From an uncultured Bacillota bacterium (lineage in GTDB: Bacteria; Bacillota; Clostridia; Peptostreptococcales; Anaerovoracaceae), in contig CAUDEQ010000002.1 of the NCBI GenBank assembly GCA_958448635.1, positions 5,009 through 69,008 of the forward strand: DNA of 64,000 nt. Direction: 5' to 3'. Positions within the stretch are counted from its first letter, which is position 1. Each line of letters begins with the position of its first letter. This document shows, piece by piece, positions 27,580-38,604 of this stretch. A program made the translations under genes and the position numbers. The notes beneath the pieces are model-generated. The model was not told the DNA's origin. It saw nothing but the letters and a program-made list of their open reading frames with translations, and made no database searches.

Positions 27580-27809
27580 AAATTCTCCTTTCGTGCGGAT
27601 TTTCCGTGAGAATTATTATATCAGAAATTATGACGAAAAAAAATATCATTATTACAGCCATATCGACAAATTACGATGAAGAAGGTCTGTATAATAAATT
27701 TTGCTGCCGAGCTTGGATAATGGCAGCGCAAACCGGAGAAAAATCGGGTAATCATGCTCCGATTAAGAATAAAGAGAGTAATGAGTCGGTAAAGAACAGG
27801 GAGAGCAAT

Positions 27810-29606
27810 ATGCAAAACACTACTGCGGCCGGTGCTGTACGGCTGTCAAAAGCTAAAATAATACACGTTGTGACGCTTATAATATTTACTGCAATAGTCT
27901 GCAGAGGGCCTTTGCTGGGCGACAGCTTCATCATAGGCGTATCGCTTATCGCCTATATGCTGTCCAAGAACGCTATGAATCTGTACTTAATCGTTCCTGC
28001 TGCCGCAGGTCTGCTCCCGTACATTTCCAGAGGCATGGAGCCGATGCCGTACATAGTATCGATGATAATCTGCGGCCTCGTATTGGTATCCGCCAGGAGG
28101 ATAAGGCTGAAGCTGTGGCATCGCGGTATAATCGCAGCATGTACTTCAATAGTGGCTGGAAGCATTTACAGGCTGGCCACCGGCAGCGTATATATGACCG
28201 GGCCTGAAAAAATGATCCTGGAGGCGGCGCTTGTATTCATCTTCATGTATGTTTTCGATGCCGTGTTTTGCGCCGTGCAAAGGGCAGACGGCAAGGCGCC
28301 CGGGACGGAACGTGCCCTGGCGGGGGCATGTGTGGTGATGCTGCTGATACTCAACGGATCAGGGCTTTCCTTCGCCATATGGATGGCAATAGTGTTCATG
28401 GCGCTTTGGGTGCTCATATGCCTCGGCTCAGGTCCTGCGCTGCAGATAACCGTTGCGGGAGGTCTTGCTGCCGCACTTATGGGAGAAGGTCAGTGGGGTG
28501 TCATGGTTACCGTAATGCTGGGGATACTGGCCGCATCATATGCTGCAAGGTTCGGAGCGACGATGCAGACCGTAGTATTTGCGGCAGCCTGCCGGCTGTC
28601 GGGATACATCGAAAGCGGAGTTGTCCTGGGCATGGATATATATTGTCTCCTAATACCTGTGATGCTGTTTCTGGTGATGTACTGGCGACTGGGAGACGGC
28701 ATGAGAAAAATTATATATATGCTGGCGGATAAAAAGGCAAATGCAGAAGAAACGGGAGGCAGCTGCGGAGAGCGGCTGATGAAAGAAAAAGCAGCGCATA
28801 TGCAGGAGCTGGCGGAGCTATACTCGACGTATCTGGATAGCAGGTCAGTACTGGCAGGACAGTTTAACATAACGAAACAGATAATAGACGACATAAGGTG
28901 GCAGGTCAGCCGACAGGGTCGCAGAGCCGCCGGGGAAAATGAAAAATACGATGTAGAGATAGCAATATCCCAGTGTGCGGCATCGGGAGGGATAAACGGC
29001 GACTGCTGTGGATGGCAGGATATAGGAGGCAATCGTACAGTCATGGTGATAAGCGATGGTATGGGAAAGGGAAAGAAAGCGGCTGCGGAAAGCCTGATGG
29101 TGACAAAGACGATAATATCGCTTCTGAAGTCAGGAGTCACGACCGATCTGGCTCTTAAGATGATAAACACCGTAATGCTTATGAAGGATGACGAGGATTC
29201 GTACGCTACGCTGGATATGGTGATCGTGGACAGGCATTCAGGCAACGCCAAGTTTTACAAGATAGGAGCAGCGCCTACATTGATAAGGCGAAAGTCCAAC
29301 GTGGAGGAGGTGAAGCTCACCGCCGTGCCTCTGGGAATAGTCAACGGCCTTAAGGTGAGCTATGTGGAGACGGATCTTAAAAGGGGAGACTGGATCATAA
29401 TGATGTCCGACGGCGTAAGTGACGGAGGCGAGGAAAGAGGAAAATCAGGCGGCAGAGGATTTCTCGGAAGGATAAAGGATACCGCTGCATGCATAAGATC
29501 GACGGACCCGCAGACCATGTGCGATCTTTTGATGGACAAGGCTGCAGACAGCTATATCGGAAAGGAGAGAGACGATCTGACGGTAATGGTGGCACATATC
29601 GTTTGA
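27810..29606 (+). CDS. spoIIE: stage II sporulation protein E (PP2C phosphatase with N-terminal multi-TM domain)
   Basis: About 10 predicted TM helices followed by a PP2C domain (MVISDGMGKG...MMSDGVSD). Conserved spoIIE-tilS-ftsH synteny. Start chosen at the internal ATG with a GGGAGAG ribosome-binding site. The track ORF starts at 27606, so the start is uncertain. Confidence 0.8.
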   Translation: MQNTTAAGAVRLSKAKIIHVVTLIIFTAIVCRGPLLGDSFIIGVSLIAYMLSKNAMNLYLIVPAAAGLLPYISRGMEPMPYIVSMIICGLVLVSARRIRLKLWHRGIIAACTSIVAGSIYRLATGSVYMTGPEKMILEAALVFIFMYVFDAVFCAVQRADGKAPGTERALAGACVVMLLILNGSGLSFAIWMAIVFMALWVLICLGSGPALQITVAGGLAAALMGEGQWGVMVTVMLGILAASYAARFGATMQTVVFAAACRLSGYIESGVVLGMDIYCLLIPVMLFLVMYWRLGDGMRKIIYMLADKKANAEETGGSCGERLMKEKAAHMQELAELYSTYLDSRSVLAGQFNITKQIIDDIRWQVSRQGRRAAGENEKYDVEIAISQCAASGGINGDCCGWQDIGGNRTVMVISDGMGKGKKAAAESLMVTKTIISLLKSGVTTDLALKMINTVMLMKDDEDSYATLDMVIVDRHSGNAKFYKIGAAPTLIRRKSNVEEVKLTAVPLGIVNGLKVSYVETDLKRGDWIIMMSDGVSDGGEERGKSGGRGFLGRIKDTAACIRSTDPQTMCDLLMDKAADSYIGKERDDLTVMVAHIV

Positions 29607-29665
29607 ATATGGTACAATTAAATGGATTTCAGATGTACCATAAAATCCGTTTGGAAAGGATGAAC

Positions 29666-30700
29666 ATGCTGCCGGATATTACGAAGAAAACAGAAGATAA
29701 GATAAGGGAAACGATAAAACAGAAAAAGCTTATCACATCAGGACAGCACATTGTTATCGGCCTTTCGGGAGGCCCCGATTCAGTGTGCCTTTTTAATGCG
29801 CTGATGTCCATGAAAGATGAGATGAAGCTCACAATACACCCTGTGCATGTCAACCATCTGTTCAGGCCGGGGGCTGCCGAGGAGGATCAGGCCTTCGTTG
29901 AGGAGCTGTGCAGAAAGAGAGGCCTGGAATGCAAAAGCTTTGTGGTGGACTGCAACAAGCTGGCTGCAGATACGGGAATGACGGGAGAAGAAGCAGGACG
30001 AAAGGCAAGATACGACGCCTTTTACAGCGTGGCTGAAAAAATAGCGCATAGCTGCCGTAAGGAGGACATCAGGATAGCGGTGGCTCAGAATGCCAATGAC
30101 CAGGCGGAGACAGTGCTGTTCAGGCTGTTGAGAGGGACAGGAACGGACGGTCTTGCCGGCATAGCGTATGAGAGAGAGGAGCGCGGCTACAAGGTGATAC
30201 GACCGCTGCTGGACGTCTACAGAGATGAGATAGAGCGATATTGCGACTATAACGGACTTAGGCCGAGGATAGATCACACCAATATGGAAACAATCTATTC
30301 GAGAAACAAGATAAGAAACGAGCTGATTCCGTATATTGAGAAGGAATATAACGGCAATATCATGGAAAGCATGGTGCGCCTTGCCCGCATAGCGGCTGCC
30401 GACAAGGAATACATGTGGCAGCAGGCGGAGAAGGAATACAGGAGGCTGGCGACGGAAAACATCGAGGACAGAGTCGTCACCATGGAAAGAGAAAAGCTGG
30501 CTGCCCTCCACGAGGCGGTGCGCCACAGAGTGATGCTGAAGGCCTTTGCAGCCATAGGTCTGGAAAGCGACATTTCCGAGGAGCGTATAAAGGCTGCGGA
30601 TAGCATAATAGAGAAGAAGCAGGGAGCCAAAACCGTGCAGTTTCCGAGAGGATACACGCTGACGGTGGCAAAAGGTGTAGTTATGGTAAAATATTTGTGA
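29666..30700 (+). CDS. tilS: tRNA(Ile)-lysidine synthetase
   Basis: PP-loop motif SGGPDS. Start at the ATG downstream of a GGAAAGGA ribosome-binding site, after the spoIIE stop. Confidence 0.85.
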   Translation: MLPDITKKTEDKIRETIKQKKLITSGQHIVIGLSGGPDSVCLFNALMSMKDEMKLTIHPVHVNHLFRPGAAEEDQAFVEELCRKRGLECKSFVVDCNKLAADTGMTGEEAGRKARYDAFYSVAEKIAHSCRKEDIRIAVAQNANDQAETVLFRLLRGTGTDGLAGIAYEREERGYKVIRPLLDVYRDEIERYCDYNGLRPRIDHTNMETIYSRNKIRNELIPYIEKEYNGNIMESMVRLARIAAADKEYMWQQAEKEYRRLATENIEDRVVTMEREKLAALHEAVRHRVMLKAFAAIGLESDISEERIKAADSIIEKKQGAKTVQFPRGYTLTVAKGVVMVKYL

Positions 30701-30728
30701 AAAACCAACAAAAGAGATTTGCCTGCTA

Positions 30729-30757
30729 TTGAATAAAATTGGTATATATGATAAAAT
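30729..30757 (+). promoter_or_regulatory. sigma-A type promoter of ftsH
   Basis: -35 TTGAAT, 17-nt spacer, -10 TAAAAT. Supports the downstream TTG start at 30830. Confidence 0.5.
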
Positions 30758-30829
30758 AGTTCGATAAATTTGGTACATGGCAACAAAAAAATAAGACATA
30801 ATAAAAGGAGTAATTCAGGAGGAAAGAAA

Positions 30830-33103
30830 TTGAAAAGAAGTAAAGCCAAAAACATATGGATATATGTGATCATATTCGGCCTTGTGTTCGCCATGGCATG
30901 GTTCTACAGCAGTGGAACTCCCGAGGAACAGAAGGAGATAAAGACCTCCACATTGGTTAAGCATCTGAAGCAGGACGAGGTTGAGGAGATCAATGTTACG
31001 GAGACGAAGCTCACTGCCGAGCTGAAATCAGGGGACACGGTATATGCATATGTCAACAGCGCCGTGGATATGAGCTATATATACGAAATGTATATAATGC
31101 CGAAGGTGGATGACGGTAAGCTGAAGCTGTCCAGCGACGAGCCTAAGAAGGAATCCATATTCCTCAGTCTGCTGCCTACGCTGATAATGATAGGTATCAT
31201 GGTATTCTTCTTCGTCATGATAATGAATCAGAGCGGAGGCGGAGGAAAGGCAATGTCCTTTGGAAAGAGCAGGGCTAAGCTGCAGAAGGACGGCGATCTC
31301 AAGAAGATCACCTTCAAGGACGTTGCGGGTCTCAAGGAGGAAAAGGAGGAGCTTGAAGAAATCGTGGACTTCCTCAAGCACCCTATGAAATACAATTCCC
31401 TGGGAGCAAGGATTCCAAAGGGAATTCTGTTGGTGGGTCCTCCGGGAACAGGTAAGACATATATTTCCAGAGCTACCGCAGGAGAAGCGGGAGTTCCGTT
31501 CTTCACAATATCAGGTTCGGACTTTGTTGAAATGTTCGTAGGTGTAGGTGCATCGAGAGTAAGAGACCTCTTCGAGCAAGCAAAGAAGAATGCACCATGC
31601 ATCGTATTCATAGACGAGATAGATGCCGTTGGGCGTAAAAGAGGTGCAGGCCTCGGCGGCGGACACGATGAAAGAGAACAGACTCTCAACCAGCTGCTGG
31701 TGGAGATGGATGGATTCGCAGAAAATGCGGGGATCATCATACTGGCTGCAACCAACAGGCCTGACGTACTGGACCCTGCTCTGCTGAGACCGGGAAGATT
31801 CGACAGACAGATCGTCATAGGAATTCCTGACATAGTGGGAAGAGAAGAAATTTTCAAGGTACATTCGAGAAACAAGCCTCTGGCTGACGGAGTTAACCCG
31901 AAGGTTCTGGCCAGAAGAACGCCGGGCTTCTCACCTGCCGATATCGAAAACATGCTCAACGAAGCGGCGCTGCTCACAGCCAGAAGAAACGGCATGAAGA
32001 TCAGGATGGAGGAAATTGAGGAGGCCATAACCAAGGTCATCGCAGGTCCTGAGAAGAAGAGCAGAGTCATCAGCGAAGAGGAAAGAAAGCTCACAGCATA
32101 TCATGAAGCGGGACATGCAGTGGTGGCTCACGTTCTGCCTAAGACGGATCCTGTACATCAGATAACCATAATTCCTAGAGGAAGAGCCGGCGGTTTCACT
32201 ATGATCCTGCCGAAGGAAGATAAATATTACGGCACCAAGGAGACCATGAGAGAGCAGATAATACATCTGTTGGGTGGAAGAGTTGCCGAAATGCTTACCC
32301 TGGATGATATAAGCACCGGAGCAAGCAACGATATACAGCGTGCCACTGATATAGCCAAGGAAATGGTGACAAAATACGGCTTCAGTGAAAAGATGGGGCC
32401 TGTCAACTACAGTTCTTCAGATGAAGTCTTCCTCGGAAAAGACTTTTCGACGAGACAGAGCTATTCCGAGGGAACTGCTGCCAACATAGACGCCGAGGTC
32501 AAGGCCATCATAGATGAAGCTTTTGAAGCGGCCAAGAAGATTCTTACGGAGCATATGGATCAACTGACGGCTGTGGCAGAAGGACTCCTTGAGGTAGAAA
32601 CTCTTGACCACGATCAGTTCGTGCAGCTTTACGACGGAGTAAAGACTCCTGCGGAGCTGGCGGCGGATTTCAGGGAAAAGACGGAGCAGAAGCGTGCCAA
32701 GGATCAGGAGGAAGCAGCAGAATCCGAAAAGCTCAGAAAGCGAGAGAAAAGACTGGCAAAGAAGCGTGAAATGGAGGAAACAGCCAAGGCCATAAAGGAT
32801 AAGGAAGGCAACGGCAAGTTTAAGCCAAGGCTTATGACATACAACGAGGTGACAAAGACGGCAGAGCCTTTTGATCCCGACAAGCTGGCCGGGGATGAGG
32901 AGTTTCCTGAAGACGAAGATATCAGAGATAAATACGATGATGAGGACCTCGAAGGCTGGGATGATGACGATATGCCGACGGAGGAGGAACTGGCTGTATA
33001 TGATACTGACTACCTCAATGACGATGATGATTCGGTCGATGAGGAAGACGAAGCTGCGGCAGAGGATGAAGCCGGAGAAGAGGTCGATAAAGAAAGGAAG
33101 TAG
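30830..33103 (+). CDS. ftsH: ATP-dependent zinc metalloprotease FtsH with long acidic C-terminal tail
   Basis: TM helices, AAA Walker A GPPGTGKT, Walker B and SRH, and the zinc site HEAGH. Probable TTG start after an AGGAGG ribosome-binding site. The C-terminal ~150 aa are Lys/Glu-rich then Asp/Glu-rich low complexity. Confidence 0.9.
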   Translation: MKRSKAKNIWIYVIIFGLVFAMAWFYSSGTPEEQKEIKTSTLVKHLKQDEVEEINVTETKLTAELKSGDTVYAYVNSAVDMSYIYEMYIMPKVDDGKLKLSSDEPKKESIFLSLLPTLIMIGIMVFFFVMIMNQSGGGGKAMSFGKSRAKLQKDGDLKKITFKDVAGLKEEKEELEEIVDFLKHPMKYNSLGARIPKGILLVGPPGTGKTYISRATAGEAGVPFFTISGSDFVEMFVGVGASRVRDLFEQAKKNAPCIVFIDEIDAVGRKRGAGLGGGHDEREQTLNQLLVEMDGFAENAGIIILAATNRPDVLDPALLRPGRFDRQIVIGIPDIVGREEIFKVHSRNKPLADGVNPKVLARRTPGFSPADIENMLNEAALLTARRNGMKIRMEEIEEAITKVIAGPEKKSRVISEEERKLTAYHEAGHAVVAHVLPKTDPVHQITIIPRGRAGGFTMILPKEDKYYGTKETMREQIIHLLGGRVAEMLTLDDISTGASNDIQRATDIAKEMVTKYGFSEKMGPVNYSSSDEVFLGKDFSTRQSYSEGTAANIDAEVKAIIDEAFEAAKKILTEHMDQLTAVAEGLLEVETLDHDQFVQLYDGVKTPAELAADFREKTEQKRAKDQEEAAESEKLRKREKRLAKKREMEETAKAIKDKEGNGKFKPRLMTYNEVTKTAEPFDPDKLAGDEEFPEDEDIRDKYDDEDLEGWDDDDMPTEEELAVYDTDYLNDDDDSVDEEDEAAAEDEAGEEVDKERK

Positions 33104-33105
33104 CC

Positions 33106-34674
33106 ATGAGAGTAACGGTTGCAGATTGTCTCAGCCTTGATGCCTTCAAGGGCGCAAGGGTGCTGACGGGGAAGCTGAATCTTTCAAATGATGTCAAGGC
33201 GATTTCCGTTCTGGATGCCTGTACTGCAGAGGACATGGCGCTCAGAAGGGGAGATGACGCGGAAATACTTCTGACGGGATTTTTAGGTGTAAGGGACGAT
33301 GTGGAAGCCCAGTGCGGCATCGTCAGTGCAGCTGCATCAGGCGGCTGTGCGGCTCTTGTCGTTTATTATGTAGGGAAGGCTGTAAAAAAGCTGGATTCCA
33401 GAGTCATGGAAACAGCCGACAAGGCCATGCTTCCTCTGATCGTGATGCCTGAGGAAGCGGAATATTCGCAGGCCATCACCGAGGTCATGGACAAGGTTCT
33501 CTACGGGGATAATTTCAGCAACAGCCTCATAAGCAACACGGTATTTCATCTGCTGAATTTTGAGAAGCACAGCAATTTTCAGTCGGCGGTGAGAGAGGCG
33601 GCCATAAACAATGATTTCCAGCTGATAATCCTCAGCGAGGACTTCAATCCGATACTGACGGTGGAGACAAGGCATAAGGCGACCATAGCCGATGCCATCA
33701 AGCTGGGGAAGGAGAGAAACGTCGAAAGCGACTCGAAGGTATACACCATGATAGACGTAAACGGCGTACTGACCTACTGGGGGCCGGTGACCATCAACAA
33801 CGACAAGTATTACATGTTCATCGTGGACAATGAGGATTCATACACGGCGGGCGAGATAACAAAGCTGGCGGAGATAATAGAGCTGGCCATGGGAATGTGG
33901 AAGTACACTCCTGAGAGAGATGCCAAGGCGGAATTCATAAAGGCGCTGATCCGCGGCAACAAGAGTCTGGCATATACGCTGAAGGATGAAGCCAAGATAA
34001 GCGGCGACGATATCCTGAGCGTGTTTTTCTCCAAGGGCATAGGACAGGATGTGGAGAGCCACATATTCGCAGAGTTCGAGAAGGAGGAAGACCTGAACAT
34101 CATGAAGATCACCGAGGGCGACGAGACCTACGGCATGATACTTACATACGATGAAGAGGGCTCGGATCCCGCCATAAGAAACAGCTGCGTGCAGCTTTTC
34201 AACAAAATGAAGGGAAACAAGAAGGCGAGGATTTTCCATGTGACGGGGCTCAACGGAATAGAAGGCGCCGGAGATGCATACAGGCTCATAAGCGAGAGCT
34301 GGTCGTTCGTACAGAGTGTATTCCCATACAAGAGGGTGTTCACAAAATACGAGCTGACGCTGGTGAGCAACTGCATCAACATACAGATACAGGGAGGCTT
34401 CGTAAAGAAGAATTATATAGAGCTTCTGGAGCCTTTCAAGGAGGCAGGCGAGAACAAGGGAAGACAGCTTCTGGAGACCCTTGAGACGTTTGTTCTGGAC
34501 GCAGGCATGAACAGCGGCAAGACGGCTGAATTCATGGGAATACACACCAATACGGTGCAATACAGGCTTAAGAAGATAAATGAGATGCTGGGAGTGGAAA
34601 TCACAGGCAACAGGGTTATTCCGGGGCTGACGATGGCTCTTGCGCTCAAACGGCTGGAAAGGGTGGTAAGCTGA
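33106..34674 (+). CDS. PucR/CdaR-family transcriptional regulator
   Basis: 522 aa. C-terminal PucR helix-turn-helix (TAEFMGIHTNTVQYRLKKINEMLGVEI). Starts 2 nt after the ftsH stop. Confidence 0.75.
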   Translation: MRVTVADCLSLDAFKGARVLTGKLNLSNDVKAISVLDACTAEDMALRRGDDAEILLTGFLGVRDDVEAQCGIVSAAASGGCAALVVYYVGKAVKKLDSRVMETADKAMLPLIVMPEEAEYSQAITEVMDKVLYGDNFSNSLISNTVFHLLNFEKHSNFQSAVREAAINNDFQLIILSEDFNPILTVETRHKATIADAIKLGKERNVESDSKVYTMIDVNGVLTYWGPVTINNDKYYMFIVDNEDSYTAGEITKLAEIIELAMGMWKYTPERDAKAEFIKALIRGNKSLAYTLKDEAKISGDDILSVFFSKGIGQDVESHIFAEFEKEEDLNIMKITEGDETYGMILTYDEEGSDPAIRNSCVQLFNKMKGNKKARIFHVTGLNGIEGAGDAYRLISESWSFVQSVFPYKRVFTKYELTLVSNCINIQIQGGFVKKNYIELLEPFKEAGENKGRQLLETLETFVLDAGMNSGKTAEFMGIHTNTVQYRLKKINEMLGVEITGNRVIPGLTMALALKRLERVVS

Positions 34675-34724
34675 TAGATACAGCTGATGTATCAGTAAAT
34701 AAATATAGAAGGAGATGAGTTGAT

Positions 34725-35978
34725 ATGTACTTTAATTATCTGGAAAAGGCAGACCCGGAAATAACGGCTGCAATTAAACGTGAGATAAACAGGCAGGAGA
34801 ACAAGATAGAAATGATAGCTTCCGAGAATTTCGTCAACTATGAGATCATGGAGGCGGCAGGAAGCGCATTGACCAATAAGTATGCCGAAGGATATCCCGG
34901 CAAGAGATATTACGGCGGCTGCGAATTCGTAGATGAGGTAGAGACTCTTGCAATAGAGCGTGTGAAGGAGATCTTCGGAGCAGAGCATGCCAATGTTCAG
35001 CCTCATTCGGGAGCAAATGCCAATACAGCCGTTTATCAGGCAGTGCTGGAATACGGAGATACGGTGTTGGGAATGGATCTTTCCAACGGCGGACATCTCA
35101 CTCACGGTTCTCCTGTGAATATTTCGGGAAGATCATATAACTTCATTTCCTACGGACTTGACCCTGAAACTGAGACCATCAACTTTGACAACGTCAGAGA
35201 GCTGGCGCTGAAGCACAAGCCTAAGCTCATCGTAGCAGGCGCATCGGCTTATCCGAGGACGATCCACACAGACAAGTTCAGAGAAATCGCTGATGAGGTT
35301 GGCGCACTTCTGATGGTGGACATGGCTCATATAGCGGGCCTTGTGGCGGCAGGCCTTCACCCTAATCCAATGGATCATGCACACATCGTTACAAGCACGA
35401 CGCACAAGACTCTGAGAGGACCGAGAGGCGGTATAATACTCTGCAACAAGGAATTTGCCAAGGCCATCGACAAGGCAGTCTTCCCGGGAACTCAGGGAGG
35501 ACCGCTGATGCATATAATCGCAGCCAAGGCAGTATGCTTCAAGGAAGCGATGGAGCCTTCATTCAAGGATTACCAGCAGCAGGTTCTGAAAAATGCCAAG
35601 GCGCTGGCGGAAGGGCTTACAACAAAGGGCTTCGAGCTTGTTTCGGGAGGAACCGACAATCACCTTATTCTGGTAAAGCTGGTAAACAAGGACATAACAG
35701 GAAAGCTGGCAGAAAACCTGTTGGACGATGCCAATATAACCACTAACAAAAACACCATACCTAACGACCCTCAGAGCCCGTTTGTAACCAGTGGTCTGAG
35801 ACTTGGAACTCCTGCCATGACCAGCAGAGGCTTCAAGGAGGACGATGTTGCCAAGGTTGCGGAAGCCATAGCGCTTGTTATCGACAGCAAGGGTGAAGAG
35901 GCTGAAATGGATAAGGCAAGGGCCATCGTAAGAGAGCTGACCGAAAGGTATCCGCTCTACAGTGATTTCAACGCTTGA
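34725..35978 (+). CDS. glyA: serine hydroxymethyltransferase
   Basis: 417 aa. PLP-lysine motif [14 protein letters not shown]. Confidence 0.95.
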   Translation: MYFNYLEKADPEITAAIKREINRQENKIEMIASENFVNYEIMEAAGSALTNKYAEGYPGKRYYGGCEFVDEVETLAIERVKEIFGAEHANVQPHSGANANTAVYQAVLEYGDTVLGMDLSNGGHLTHGSPVNISGRSYNFISYGLDPETETINFDNVRELALKHKPKLIVAGASAYPRTIHTDKFREIADEVGALLMVDMAHIAGLVAAGLHPNPMDHAHIVTSTTHKTLRGPRGGIILCNKEFAKAIDKAVFPGTQGGPLMHIIAAKAVCFKEAMEPSFKDYQQQVLKNAKALAEGLTTKGFELVSGGTDNHLILVKLVNKDITGKLAENLLDDANITTNKNTIPNDPQSPFVTSGLRLGTPAMTSRGFKEDDVAKVAEAIALVIDSKGEEAEMDKARAIVRELTERYPLYSDFNA

Positions 35979-36086
35979 TGCCATATGCAAGAATAATGTA
36001 TACAAACAAAAACAAGATTGCAAATTGAAATCACATGCTGTATAGTGAGATTGGTATTTTATCGTGTAGGAAATACGGGGATTGTG

Positions 36087-36117
36087 GTATTTCCTGTATT
36101 TCAACAAAGTCTGCCGC
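36087..36117 (+). promoter_or_regulatory. conserved leader element, copy B (5' UTR of decarboxylase alpha-subunit operon)
   Basis: GGTATTTCCTGTATTTCAACAAAGTCTGCCG. Preceded by GGAAATAC, which is complementary to GTATTTCC, and by a plausible promoter (-35 TTGCAA, -10 TATAGT) about 45 nt upstream. Confidence 0.45.
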
Positions 36118-36202
36118 TGAAGGGAAGTTTTGACGGCGTGATTTTGTGCTTACACATATACAATGAAATATAATAACCAAATACTGTAAGGAGGAAGCAT
36201 AG

Positions 36203-37750
36203 ATGAACAAGCTTGAACAGCTCCGTGAAAAAAAGGAAAAACTGTTACTGGGCGGCGGTGAAAAGAGAATTGAAGCTCAGCATGCAAAGGGCAAGCTGAC
36301 TGCCAGAGAAAGACTGGACATCCTTTTTGATAAAGACAGCTTTGTCGAAATGGACGTATTCGTAAAACACAGATGCAGCAACTTCGGAATGGATGAAAAA
36401 GAAATGCCGAGCGATGGCGTAGTTACAGGCTACGGTCAGGTAGACGGCAGACTTGTGTTCGCCTTTGCACAGGATTTCACTGTAAGCGGAGGCTCTCTCG
36501 GTGAATACCATGCAGAGAAAATAGTAAAGGTACAGAATATGGCTCTTAAGATGGGAGCTCCTGTGGTAGGACTTCAGGATTCCGGTGGAGCCAGAGTAGA
36601 GGAAGGTGTGGCAGCACTTTCAGGTTTCGGCAAGATATTCTACAACAACACGATTTCCTCCGGTGTTATACCTCAGATATCCGTGATCATGGGACCATGT
36701 GCCGGTGGTGCAGTTTATTCACCTGCCATAACCGATTACGTTTTCATGGTTGATCAGACAAGCCAGATGTTCATAACGGGACCTGAGGTAATTAAGACGG
36801 TTACAGGCGAGGTGGTAACTGCAGAGCAGCTGGGTGGAGCAATGACTCACAACAGCATCAGCGGTGTGGCTCACTTTATCGGAAAGAACGACGAGGAGAC
36901 TCTCATGATGGTAAGAGAGCTGCTCAGCTACATGCCTTCCAATAATATGGAGACTGCGCCTGTATATGCATGCACAGATGATATTAACAGGATGATCCCT
37001 GAGCTAAACGAGATTATTCCTGATAATCCTAATAAGGCCTACGACATGTATCAGGTCATAGCCAGCATAGCGGACGACGGCAAGTTCTTCGATGTAATGC
37101 CTCATTTCGCTAAGAATATGATTACATGCTATATAAGAATGGACGGGGCAACGGTAGGCGTAATAGCCAACCAGCCTAAGGTGGGAGCAGGCTGTCTCGA
37201 TATAGATGCTTCCGATAAAGCGGCCAGATTCATAAGAAGATGTGATGCCTTCAATATTCCTTTGCTGACAATTGAAGATGTTCCGGGCTTCCTTCCTGGA
37301 ACAGGCCAGGAATACGGCGGCATCATCAGACACGGAGCCAAGATGCTCTACGCATATTGCGAAGCTACAGTTCCTAAGGTTACCGTTATCCTGAGAAAGG
37401 CATACGGCGGAGCATATATCGGAATGTGCAACAAGGAGCTGGGCGCCGACATGGTAATGGCATGGCCTACAGCTCAGATCGCAGTAATGGGAGCCTCCGG
37501 TGCAGTAAACATCATCTCCTCAGTCAAGAAGGAAATCAAGGAGGCTGACGATCCTGATGCATTGAGAGCAGAAAAAATCGCAGAATACGAGGAAAAATTC
37601 AACAACCCTTATGTGGCAGCAGGTCTGGGATATGTAGATGACGTTATCGAGCCTGCTACTACGAGACAGAGGATAATCAGTGCTCTCGACATGCTGAGTA
37701 CTAAGAGAGAATCATTGCCGGCCAAGAAGCACGGTAATATTCCGCTTTAG
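36203..37750 (+). CDS. methylmalonyl-CoA / glutaconyl-CoA decarboxylase carboxyltransferase (alpha) subunit
   Basis: 515 aa carboxyltransferase domain pair (propionyl-CoA carboxylase beta-like). Followed by the OadG-like and biotin carrier subunits. Confidence 0.9.
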   Translation: MNKLEQLREKKEKLLLGGGEKRIEAQHAKGKLTARERLDILFDKDSFVEMDVFVKHRCSNFGMDEKEMPSDGVVTGYGQVDGRLVFAFAQDFTVSGGSLGEYHAEKIVKVQNMALKMGAPVVGLQDSGGARVEEGVAALSGFGKIFYNNTISSGVIPQISVIMGPCAGGAVYSPAITDYVFMVDQTSQMFITGPEVIKTVTGEVVTAEQLGGAMTHNSISGVAHFIGKNDEETLMMVRELLSYMPSNNMETAPVYACTDDINRMIPELNEIIPDNPNKAYDMYQVIASIADDGKFFDVMPHFAKNMITCYIRMDGATVGVIANQPKVGAGCLDIDASDKAARFIRRCDAFNIPLLTIEDVPGFLPGTGQEYGGIIRHGAKMLYAYCEATVPKVTVILRKAYGGAYIGMCNKELGADMVMAWPTAQIAVMGASGAVNIISSVKKEIKEADDPDALRAEKIAEYEEKFNNPYVAAGLGYVDDVIEPATTRQRIISALDMLSTKRESLPAKKHGNIPL

Positions 37751-37760
37751 GAGGTGCGCC

Positions 37761-38174
37761 ATGGGTTTAATGGATAAATTTGCGGATCCCGCATTATTTG
37801 AATCGCTGGGCTTCGGCGAAAAGATGACAGGCTCATTCATAACCATGCTTATGGGAATGGGAATAACATTTATAATACTTTGTCTGCTATGGGCTTTCGT
37901 AGCGATAATGGGAAAAATAATGAATACAGCGCAGAAGGGAGATAAGGCGTCAGCAAAGACAGAAGCCGCCGCCACGCCCTCAGCAGCAGCAGTAGCACAG
38001 CCAAAGACTGATGATGAAGTCATCAAGGCAGTTATTGCAGCAGCTATTGCTGCGTATCAGGGAAGCGGCGGAACCGGAAATCTGGTTGTGAGAAAGATAA
38101 GCAGAATCTCCGGGGAGACGACCCTTTGGACCAATGCAGCCAGAGAAGACTGCATAGCAAGCAGAAAATTCTGA
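37761..38174 (+). CDS. OadG-family Na+-pump decarboxylase small membrane subunit (delta/gamma)
   Basis: 137 aa with a single N-terminal TM helix and an Ala/Pro-rich linker. Sits between the carboxyltransferase and the biotin carrier. Confidence 0.65.
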   Translation: MGLMDKFADPALFESLGFGEKMTGSFITMLMGMGITFIILCLLWAFVAIMGKIMNTAQKGDKASAKTEAAATPSAAAVAQPKTDDEVIKAVIAAAIAAYQGSGGTGNLVVRKISRISGETTLWTNAAREDCIASRKF

Positions 38175-38217
38175 TCGACAATAACGTAAATTATATTATT
38201 GAAAGGAAACGGAAGAA

Positions 38218-38604
38218 ATGAAAAAGTATAATATTACTGTTAATGGAACGACATATGCAGTTGAAGTAGAAGAGGTTGGCGGCGCAGCATCAGCTGCACC
38301 TGCAGCACCGGCACCTGCAGCACCTGCAGCAGCGCCTGCAGCAGTGCCTGCACCTGCAGCACCGGCACCTGCAGCAGCTCCTGCCGGCGGAGCAGATTCT
38401 GTGACAGCACCTATGCCTGGAACAGTTCTGGACGTAAAGGTTGCTCCCGGACAGGCAGTTAATCCTGGAGACGTTCTGCTGATTCTCGAAGCCATGAAGA
38501 TGGAAAACGAAATCACTGCAGTGGCAGCAGGAACAGTTGACACGGTTCCTGCAACTAAGGGCGCGGCTGTAAATGCAGGCGATGTGCTTGTTACATTTAA
38601 ATAA
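38218..38604 (+). CDS. biotin carboxyl carrier subunit of decarboxylase
   Basis: 128 aa. Ala/Pro-rich linker and a biotinyl domain with EAMKM. Confidence 0.85.
   Translation: MKKYNITVNGTTYAVEVEEVGGAASAAPAAPAPAAPAAAPAAVPAPAAPAPAAAPAGGADSVTAPMPGTVLDVKVAPGQAVNPGDVLLILEAMKMENEITAVAAGTVDTVPATKGAAVNAGDVLVTFK

Noticed and set aside
27606-27809. N-terminal 68-aa extension of the spoIIE track ORF
   Set aside because: It overlaps the divergent tatD promoter region, has no ribosome-binding site and is hydrophilic junk before the first TM helix. The internal ATG at 27810 with a ribosome-binding site is the more plausible start. Retained as start uncertainty only.
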